The position numbers were made by a program, and so were the translations under genes. A DNA stretch of 64,000 nucleotides from the human T2T-CHM13v2.0 reference genome, Homo sapiens: assembly GCF_009914755.1 (NCBI RefSeq), contig NC_060948.1; one strand, given 5' to 3'. Below are positions 13,301 through 25,300 of this stretch, piece by piece (within the stretch, counting starts at the first letter, position 1; each line of letters begins with the position of its first letter). A model generated the notes under the pieces. That model searched no databases and was not told the DNA's origin. It saw only the letters and a list, made by a program, of their open reading frames with translations.

Positions 13301-16300
13301 AATCGAATATAATGGAGTCGAATGAAATGGAATTGAAAGGAATGGGATCGAATACAATGGAATATACTGGAATGTAATGTAATGAACTCGAATGTAATTG
13401 ACTGGAATGGAATGTACATGAATGGAATGTAATCGAATGGAAAGTAATCCAATGGAATAGAATCTAATGCAATAAAATCGACTCAGATAGAGTAGAATGT
13501 AATGGAATGGAGTGCAGTGCAATGGAATGGAATGGAATGGAATGCAATTGAATGGAATGGAATGGAATGGGATGGAATGGTATGGAATGGATAGTAATGG
13601 ACTGGAGTGAAATGGACTGGAAAGGAATGGACTCAAATTGAAAGGGCTCGAAAGGAATGGAGTCAAATGGAATGGTCTGGAATGGAATGAACACGAATGT
13701 AATGCAATCCAATAGAATGGAATCGAATGGCATGGAATATAAAGAAATGGAATCGGAGAGAATGGAAACAAATGGAATGGAATTGAATGGAATGGAATTG
13801 AATGGAATGGGAACGAATGGAGTGAAATTGTATGCAGTGGAAGGGAATAGAACGGAATGCAAGCGAAAGGAAAGGAATGGATTGGAATGGAATGGAATTC
13901 ATTGGAATGGAAGGGAATGTAGTGTAATGGACAGGCCTGGAATAAAGTGGAATGCTACGGTCTCGAATGGAATAAAAATGTATGGAATGGAATGCAATGA
14001 AATGGAATCGAATGTCATAGAATGTAATGGAATGCAACAAAATGGAATCCAAAATCATTGACTGGAAAGGCTGGGTGTCGAAAGGAATTGACTCCAATGG
14101 AATGGAATCGAATGGAATGGAAGTGAATAGAATCGAACTAAATCGAATGGAATGGAATTGATAGGAACGGAATGGAAAGGAATGCAATGATTTGGCATGG
14201 AATGGAATCGAATGGCATCGAATGGAATGGAATGGAATGCAATGGAATGGAATGTATTAGAATGTAATGAACTTTAATGGAATGTACTCGAATGGATTCG
14301 ACTGGAATGGAATGTTCTGGAAGTGAATGGACTCCAATGGAATGGATTCCAAAGGAATGGAATCGTACGGAATGGAATCTAATGGAATGGAATTAAATGG
14401 AAATGAATCAAATTGAATAGCACGGAATTGAATTGAATGGAATGGAATGCAATGGAATCTAATGAAACGGAAAGGAAAGGAATGGAATGGAATGGAATGG
14501 GCTGGAATGGAAAGGAATCGAAACGAATGGAATGGAATCGAACTGAAGAGACTGGAATGGAATGCACTGGAATGGAAGGGAGTGTAATGGAAGGTTCTCG
14601 AAAAAAATGGAATCGAATGGAATGGAATTGAATGGAACGGAATAGAGTCGAATGGAATTGAATGGAATGGAATGGACTAGAGTGAAATGGAATCGAACCA
14701 CAAGGAATGGAGAGGAATAGAATGGTCTCGAATTGAATGGAATCGTATGGAATGGCATCAAACGGAATGGAATGGACAGCCACGGAATGGAATGCACTCG
14801 AATGCAATGGAGTCGAAACTAATGGACTGGAATAGAATGGACTCGACTGGTACGGACTCCAATGGAATGGAATCGAATGGAAGGGAATCGAACGGAATGG
14901 ACTCGAAGGGAAAAGACTGCAATGGAAAGGTCTGGAATGGAATGGAAATTAATGGAATGGAATGAAATCGAATGAAATGGAGTCAAAAGGAATGGAATCG
15001 AATGGCAAGAAATCGAATGTAATGGAATCGCAAGGAATTGATGTGAACGGAACGGAATGGAATGGAATCCAAAGGAATGGAATAGAATGGAATGGAATCG
15101 AATGGAAAGGACTCGAATGGAAATCACTCGAATAGAATGCAATTCAATAAAATAGGATCAAATGTAATGAAATGGAATGGAAAGGAATCGAAACGAAAGG
15201 AATGGAGACAGATGGAATGGAATGGAACAGAGAGCAATGGTATAGAATGGAATGGAATCATCTGGAATGGAATTGAATGGAATGGAATAATATGAAATGG
15301 AATGGAATGGAATGGAATGGAATGCCCTTGAATTAAATGGACTGGAATGGAATGGACTCGAACAGAGTGGAATGGAAAGTGTTGAGATAGAATGGAATGG
15401 ACTCCTTTGGAATGGTGTAGTATGCAATGCAATCGACTGGCAGGGAATCAAAAGGAATGTAATGGAATGGACTGGACTGGAATGCAATGGACTCGAATAG
15501 ATTGGAAACGGAATGCAAAGGAATGGAATGGAATAGTATGGAATGGAATGGAAAGGAATGGAGTGGAATAGACTAGAGTGGAATGGAATGGACTGGAAAG
15601 CAATGGACTGGAATGGAACTTTCTTGAATGGACTGGAATCAAACGGAATGGAATGCAATGCAATCAAATGGCATGGAATAAAATAGAATGAAAGAGAATC
15701 AAATGGAATTGAATCGAATGGAATCGAATGGATTGGAAAGGAATAGAATGGAATGGAATGGAATGGACTCAAATGGAATGGACTAGAATGGAATGGATTC
15801 GAATGGAAGGCAAAGGAATGGAATCTATTGGAATGGACTGTAATGGAATGGAATGGAAGGGATTGGAATGGACTCGAATGGAATGGACTGCAATAGAAAG
15901 GATTCGAATGGAATGAAAAAGAATTGAATGGAATAGAACAGAATGGAATCAAATCGAATGAAATGGAATGGAATAGAAAGGAATGGAATGAAATGGAATG
16001 GAAAGGATTCGAATGGAATGCAATCGAATGGAATGGAATCGAACGGAATGGAATAAAATGGAAGAAAACTGGCAAGAAATGGAATCGAAATGAATGGAGT
16101 GTTATGGAACGGACTCAAAAGGAATTGAATGTAATAGAATGGAGTGGAGTGGACTCGAATATAATGGACTGGAATGGAATGAAATCACATGGAATGGGAA
16201 CGAATGGAATGGAATGGAAAGGAATGGAATCGAATGGAAAGGAATCGAATGGAAGGGAATGAAATTGAATCAACAGGAATGGAAGGGAATAGAATAGACG

Positions 16301-19300
16301 GTAATGGAATGGACTCGAATAGAATGGACACGAATGCTCAAATTGAATGGACTCGAATGGAATGGAAACGAAAGGAATGTCATCGAATGGAATTGAATCG
16401 ATTGGAATGAAATCGCATAGAATGGAGTGGAATCAAATGGAATTGAATCGAAAGGAAAGGAAGCGAATGGACTGAAATGAAATGGAATGGAATTGAATGG
16501 AAAGTAATGCAATGGAATAGAATGGAACGAAATTTCACGGAATGGAATCAAACTGAATGAAATCAAATCAATGGAATCAAATCAAATGGAATGGAAAGGA
16601 ATTGAATGGAGTAGATTGGATTGGATGGGATTGGAATGAAATGTACTGGAAAGGACTCGAATTTCATGAAACGGAATGGAATGAATTGGAACGGAATGGA
16701 CTCGAATGGAATGGAATGTCATAGAATGGCATCAAATGGATTGGCATCAAATGGAATGGAATCGAATGCAATGGAATGCTATGGAATGGAATGGAATGCA
16801 TTGGAATGGAATGTCCTCTAATGGAATGGATTCGAGTGGAATGGAATCGAATATAATGGAGTCGAATGAAATGGAATTGAAAGGAATGGGATCGAATACA
16901 ATGGAATATACTGGAATGTAATGTAATGAACTCGAATGTAATTGACTGGAATGGAATGTACATGAATGGAATGTAATCGAATGGAAAGTAATCCAATGGA
17001 ATAGAATCTAATGCAATAAAATCGACTCAGATAGAGTAGAATGTAATGGAATGGAGTGCAGTGCAATGGAATGGAATGGAATGGAATGCAATGGAATGGA
17101 ATGGAATGGAATGGAATGGAATGGAATGGAATGGAATGGGATGGAATTGTATGGAATGGATAGTAATGGACTGGAGTGAAATGGACTGGAAAGGAATGGA
17201 CTCAAATTGAAAGGGCTCGAAAGGAATGGAGTCAAATGGAATGGTCTGGAATGGAATGAACACGAATGTAATGCAATCCAATAGAATGGAATCGAATGGC
17301 ATGGAATATAAAGAAATGGAATTGAAGAGAATGGAAACAAATGGAATGGAATTGAATGGAATGGAATTGAATGGAATGGGAACGAATGGAGTGAAATTGT
17401 ATGCAGTAGAAGGGAATAGAATGGAATGCAAGCGAAAGGAAAGGAATGGATTGGAATGGAATGGAATTCATTGGAATGGAAGGGAATGTAGTGTAATGGA
17501 CAGGCCTGGAAAAAAGTGGAATGCTACGGTCTCGAATGGAATAAAAATGTATGGAATGGAATGCAATGAAACGGAATCGAATGTCATAGAATGTAATGGA
17601 ATGCAAAAAAATGGAATCCAAAATCATTGACTGGAAAGGCTGGGTGTCGAAAGGAATTGACTGCAATGGAATGGAATCGAATTGAATGGAAGTGAATAGA
17701 ATCGAACTAAATCGAATGGAATGGAATTGATAGGAACGGAATGGAAAGGAATGCAATGATTTGGCATGGAATGGAATCGAATGGCATCGAATGGAATGGA
17801 ATGGAATGCAATGGAATGGAATGTATTAGAATGTAATGAACATTAATGGAATGTACTCGAATGGATTCGACTGGAATGGAATGTTCTGGATGTGAATGGA
17901 CTCCAATGGAATGGATTCGAAAGGAATGGAATCGAACGGAGTGGATTCTAATGGAATGGAATTAAATGGAAATGAATCAAATTGAATAGCACGGAATTGA
18001 ATTGAATGGAATCGAATGCAATGGAATCTAATGAAACGGAAAGGAAAGAATGGAATGGAATAGAATGGGCTGGAATGGAAAGGAATCAAAACGAATGGAA
18101 TGGAATCGAACTGAAGAGATTGGAATGGAATGCACTGGAATGGAAGGGAGTGTAATGGAAGGTTCTCGAAAAAAATGGAATCGAATGGAATGGAATTGAA
18201 TGGAACGGAATAGAGTCGAATGGAATTGAATGGAATGGAATGGACTAGAGTGAAATGGAATCGAACCACAAGGAATGGACAGGAATAGAATGGTCTCGAA
18301 TTGAATGGAATCGTATGGAATGGCATCAAACGGAATGGAATGGACAGCCACGGAATGGAATGCACTCGAATGCAATGGAGTCGAAACTAATGGACTGGAA
18401 TAGAATGGACTCGACTGGTACGGACTCCAATGGAATGGAATCAAATGGAAGGGAATCGAACGGAATGGACTCGAAGGGAAAAGACTGCAATGGAAAGGTC
18501 TCGAATGGAATGGAAATTAATGGGATGGAATGGAATCGAATGAAATGGAGTCAAAAGGTATGGAATCGAATGGCAAGAAATCGAATGTAATGGAATCGCA
18601 AGGAATTGATGTGAACGGAACGGAATGGAATGGAATCCAAAGGAATGGAATGGAATCGAATGGAAAGGACTCGAATGGAAATCACTCGAATAGAATGCAA
18701 TTTAATAAAATAGGATCAAATGTAATGGAATGGAATGGAAAGGAATCGAAACGAAAGGAATGGAGACAGATGGAATGGAATAGAACAGAGAGCAATGGTA
18801 TAGAATGGAATGGAATCATCTGGAATGGAATTGAATGGAATGGAATAATATGAAATGGAATGGAATGGAATGGAATGCCCTTGAATTAAATGGACTGGAA
18901 TGGAATGGACTCGAACAGAGTGGAATGGAAAGTGTTGAGATAGAATGGAATGGACTCGTTTGGAATGGTCTAGTATGCAATGCAATCGACTGGCAGGAAT
19001 CAAAAGGAATGTAATGGAATGGATTGGACTGGAATGCAATGGACTCGAATAGATTGGAAACGGAATGCAAAGGAATGGAATGGAATAGTATGGAATGGAA
19101 TGGAAAGGAATGGAGTGGAATAGACTAGAGTGGAATGGAATGGACTGGAAAGCAATAGACTGGAATGGAACTTTCTTGAATGGACTGGAATCAAACGGAA
19201 TGGAATGCAATGCAATCAAATGGCATGGAATAAAATAGAATGAAAGAGAATCAAATGGAATTGAATCGAATGGAATCGAATGGATTGGAAAGGAATAGAA

Positions 19301-22300
19301 TGGAATGGAATGGAATTGACTCAAATGGAATGGACTAGAATGGAATGGATTCGAATGGAAGGCAAAGGAATGGAATCTATTGGAATGGACTGTAATGGAA
19401 TGGAATGGAAGGGATTGGAATGGACTCGAATGGAATGGACTGCAATAGAAAGGATTCGAATGGAATGAAAAAGAATTGAATGGAATAGAACAGAATGGAA
19501 TCAAATCGAATGAAATGGAATGGAATAGAAAGGAATGGAATGAAATGGAATGGAAAGGATTCGAATGGAATGCAATCGAATGGAATGGAATCGAACGGAA
19601 TGGAATAAAATGGAAGAAAACTGGCAAGAAATGGAATCGAAATGAATGGAGTGTTATGGAACGGACTCAAAAGGAATTGAATGTAATAGAATGGAGTGGA
19701 GTGGACTCGAATATAATGGACTGGAATGGAATGAAATCACATGGAATGGGAACGAATGGAATGGAATGGAAAGGAATGGAATCGAATGGAAAGGAATCGA
19801 ATGGAAGGGAATGAAATTGAATCAACAGGAATGGAAGGGAATAGAATAGACGGTAATGGAATGGACTCGAATAGAATGGACACGAATGCTCAAATTGAAT
19901 GGACTCGAATGGAATGGAAACGAAAGGAATGTCATCGAATGGAATTGAATCGATTGGAATGAAATCGCATAGAATGGAGTGGAATCAAATGGAATTGAAT
20001 CGAAAGGAAAGGAAGCGAATGGACTGAAATGAAATGGAATGGAATTGAATGGAAAGTAATGCAATGGAATAGAATGGAACGAAATTTCACGGAACGGAAT
20101 CAAACTGAATGGAATCAAATCAATGGAATCCACTCAAATGGAATGGAAAGGAATTGAATGGAGTAGATTGGATTGGATGGGATTGGAATGAAATGTACTG
20201 GAAAGGACTCGAATTTCATGAAACGGAATGGAATGAATTGGAACGGAATGGACTCGAATGGAATGGAATGTCATGGAATGGCATCAAATGGTATGGCATC
20301 AAATGGAATGGAATCGAATGCAATGGAATGCTATGGAATGGAATGGAATGCATTGGAATGGAATGTCCTCTAATGGAATGGATTCGAGTGGAATGGAATC
20401 GAATATAATGGAGTCGAATGAAATGGAATTGAAAGGAATGGGATCGAATACAATGGAATATACTGGAATGTAATGTAATGAACTCGAATGTAATTGACTG
20501 GAATGGAATGTACATGAATGGAATGTAATCGAATGGAAAGTAATCCAATGGAATAGAATCTAATGCAATAAAATCGACTCAGATAGAGTAGAATGTAATG
20601 GAATGGAGTGCAGTGCAATGGAATGGAATGGAATGGAATGCAATGGAATGGAATGGAATGGAATGGAATGGAATGGAATGGAATGGAATGGAATGGTGTG
20701 GAATGGATAGTAATGGACTGGAGTGAAATGGACTGGAAAGGAATGGACTCAAATTGAATGGGCTCGAAAGGAATGGAGTCAAATGGAATGGTCTGGAATG
20801 GAATGAAGACGAATGTAATGCAATCCAATAGAATGGAATCGAATGGCATGGAATATAAAGAAATGGAATCGAAGAGAATGGAAACAAATGGATTGGAATT
20901 GAGTGGAATGGAATTGAATGGAATGGGAACGAATGGAGTGAAATTGTATGCAGTAGAAGAGAATAGAATGGAATGCAAGCGAAAGGAAAGGAATGGATTG
21001 GAATGGAATGGAATTCATTGGAATGGAAGGGAATGTAGTGTAATGGACAGGCCTGGAATAAAGTGGAATGCTACGGTCTCGAATGGAATAAAAATGTATG
21101 GAATGGAATGCAATGAAACGGAATCGAATGTCATAGAATGTAATGGAATGCAAAAAAATGGACTCCAAAATCATTGACTGGAAAGGCTGGGTGTCGAAAG
21201 GAATTGACTCCAATGGAATGGAATCGAATGGAATGGAAGTGAATAGAATCGAACTAAATCGAATGGAATGGAATTGATAGGAACGGAATGGAAAGGAATG
21301 CAATGATTTGGCATGGAATGGAATCGAATGGCATCGAATGGAATGGAATGGAATGCAATGGAATGGAATGTATTAGAATGTAATGAACTTTAATGGAATG
21401 TACTCGAATGGATTCGACTGGAATGGAATGTTCTGGAAGTGAATGGACTCCAATGGAATGGATTCAAAAGGAATGGAATCGTACGGAATGGAATCTAATG
21501 GAATGGAATTAAATGGAAATGAATCAAATTGAATAGCACGGAATTGAATTGAATGGAATGGAATGCAATGGAATCTAATGAAACGGAAAGGAATGGAATG
21601 GAATGGAATGGAATGGGCTGGAATGGAAAGGAATCGAAACGAATGGAATGGAATCGAACTGAAGAGACTGGAATGGAATGCACTGGAATGGAAGGGAGTG
21701 TAATGGAAGGTTCTCGAAAAAAATGGAATCGAATGGAATGGAATTGAATGGAACGGAATAGAGTCGAATGGAATTGAATGGAATGGAATGGACTAGAGTG
21801 AAATGGAATCGAACCACAAGGAATGGACAGGAATAGAATGGTCTCGAATTGAATGGAATCGTATGGAATGGCATCAAACGGAATGGAATGGACAGCCACG
21901 GAATGGAATGCACTCGAATGCAATGGAGTCGAAACTAATGGACTGGAATAGAATGGACTCGACTGGTACGGACTCCAATGGAATGGAATCGAATGGAAGG
22001 GAATCGAACGGAATGGATTCGAAGGGACAAGACTGCAAAGGAAAGGTCTCGAATGGAATGGAAATTAATGGAATGGAATGGAATCAAATGAAATGGAGTC
22101 AAAAGGAATGGAATCGAAAGGCAAGAAATCGAATGTAATGGAATCGCAAGGAATTGATGTGAACGGAACGGAATGGAATGGAATCCAAAGGAATGGAATA
22201 GAATGGAATGGAATCGAATGGAAAGGACTCGAATGGAAATCACTCGAATAGAATGCAATTTAATAAAATAGGATCAAATGTAATGGAATGGAATGGAAAG

Positions 22301-25300
22301 GAATCGAAACGAAAGGAATGGAGACAGATGGAATGGAATGGAACAGAGAGCAATGGTATAGAATGGAATGGAATCATCTGGAATGGAATTGAATGGAATG
22401 GAATAATATGAAATGGAATGGAATGGAATGGAATGGAATGCCCTTGAATTAAATGGACTGGAATGGAATGGACTCGAACAGAGTGGAATGGAAAGTGTTG
22501 AGATAGAATGGAATGGACTCCTTTGGAATGGTCTAGTATGCAATGCAATCGACTGGTAGGGAATCAAAAGGAATGTAATCGAATGGATTGGACTGGAATG
22601 CAATGGACTCGAATAGATTGGAAACGGAATGCAAAGGAATGGAATGGAATAGTATGGAATGGAATGGAAAGGAATGGAGTGGAATAGACTAGAGTGGAAT
22701 GGAATGGACCGGAAAGCAATGGACTGGAATGGAACTTTCTTGAATGGACTGGAATCAAACGGAATGGAATGCAATGCAATCAAATGGCATGGAATAAAAT
22801 AGAATGAAAGAGAATCAAATGGAATTGAATCGAATGGAATCGAATGGATTGGAAAGGAATAGAATGGAATGGAATGGAATTGACTCAAATGGAATGGACT
22901 AGAATGGAATGGATTCGAATGGAAGGCAAAGGAATGGAATCTATTGGAATGGACTGTAATGGAATGGAATGGAAGGGATTGGAATGGACTCGAATGGAAT
23001 GGACTGCAATAGAAAGGATTCGAATGGAATGAAAAAGAATTGAATGGAATAGAACAGAATGGAATCAAATCGAATGAAATGGAATGGAATAGAGAGGAAT
23101 GGAATGAAATGGAATGGAAAGGATTCGAATGGAATGCAATCGAATGGAATGGAATCGAACGGAATGGAATAAAATGGAAGAAAACTGGCAAGAAATGGAA
23201 TCGAAATGAACGGAGTGTTATGGAACGGACTCAAAAGGAATTGAATGTAATAGAATGGAGTGGAGTGGACTCGAATATAATGGACTGGAATGGAATGAAA
23301 TCACATGGAATGGGAACGAATGGAATGGAATGGAAAGGAATGGAATCGAATGGAAAGGAATCGAATGGAAGGGAATGAAATTGAATCAACAGGAATGGAA
23401 GGGAATAGAATAGACGGTAATGGAATGGACTCGAATAGAATGGACACGAATGCTCAAATTGAATGGACTCGAATGGAATGGAAACGAAAGGAATGTCATC
23501 GAATGGAATTGAATCGATTGGAATGAAATCGCATAGAATGGAGTGGAATCAAATGGAATTGAATCGAAAGGAAAGGAAGCGAATGGACTGAAATGAAATG
23601 GAATGGAATTGAATGGAAAGTAATGCAATGGAATAGAATGGAACGAAATTTCACGGAATGGAATCAAACTGAATGGAATCAAATCAATGGAATCTAATCA
23701 AATGGAATGGAAAGGAATTGAATGGAGTAGATTGGATTGGATGGGATTGGAATGAAATGTACTGGAAAGGACTCGAATTTCATGAAACGGAATGGAATGA
23801 ATTGGAACGGAATGGACTCGAATGGAATGGAATGTCATGGAATGGCATCAAATGGAATGGCATCAAATGGAATGGAATCGAATGCAATGGAATGCTATGG
23901 AATGGAATGGAATGCATTGGAATGGAATGTCCTCTAATGGAATGGATTCGAGTGGAATGGAATCAAATATAATGGAGTCGAACGAAATGGAATTGAAAGG
24001 AATGGGATCGAATAGAATGGAATATACTGAAATGTAATGTAATGAACTCGAATGTAGTTGACTGGAATGGAATGTACATGAATGGAATGTAATCGAATGG
24101 AAAGTAATCCAATGGAATAGAATCTAATGCAATAAAACCGACTCAGATAGAGTAGAATGTAATGGAATGGAGTGCAGTGCAATGGAATGGAATGGAATTG
24201 AATGCAATGGAATGGAATGGAATGGAATGGAATGGAATGGAATGGAATGGGATGGAATGGTATGGAATGGATAGTAATGGACTGGAGTGAAATGGACTGG
24301 AAAGGAATGGACTCAAATTGAAAGGGCTCGAAAGGAATGGAGTCAAATGGAATGGTCTGGAATGGAATGAACACGAGTGTAATGCAATCCAATAGAATGG
24401 AAACGAATGACATGGAATATAAAGAAATGGAATCGAAGAGAATGGAAACAAATGGAATGGAATTGAATGGAATGGAATTGAATGGAATGGGAACGAATGG
24501 AGTGAAATTGTATGCAGTAGAAGGGAATAGAATGGAATGCAAGTGAAAGGAAAGGAATGGATTGGAATGGAATGGAATTCATTGGAATGGAAGGGAATGT
24601 AGTGTAATGGACAGGCCTGGAATAAAGTGGAATGCTACGGTCTCGAATGGAATAAAAATGTATGGAATGGAATGCAATGAAACGGAATCGAATGTCATAG
24701 AATGTAATGGAATGCAACAAAATGGAATCCAAAATCATTGACTGGAAAGGCTGGGTGTCGAAAGGAATTGACTCCAATGGAATGGAATCGAATGGAATGG
24801 AAGTGAATAGAATCGAACTAAATCGAATGGAATGGAATTGATAGGAACGGAATGGAAAGGAATGCAATGATTTGGCATGGAATGGAATCGAATGGCATCG
24901 AATGGAATGGAATGGAATGCAATGGAATGGAATGTATTAGAATGTAATGAACTTTAATGGAATGTACTCGAATGGATTCGACTGGAATGGAATGTTCTGG
25001 AAGTGAATGGACTCCAATGGAATGGATTCAAAAGGAATGGAATCGTACGGAATGGAATCTAATGGAATGGAATTAAATGGAAATGAATCAAATTGAATAG
25101 CACGGAATTGAATTGAATGGAATCGAATGCAATGGAATCTAATGAAACGGAAAGGAAAGGAATGCAATGGAATGGAATGGGCTGGAATGGAAAGGAATCG
25201 AAACGAATGGAATGGAATCGAACTGAAGAGACTGGAATGGAATGCACTGGAATGGAAGGGAGTGTAATGGAAGGTTCTCGAAAAAAATGGAATCGAATGG

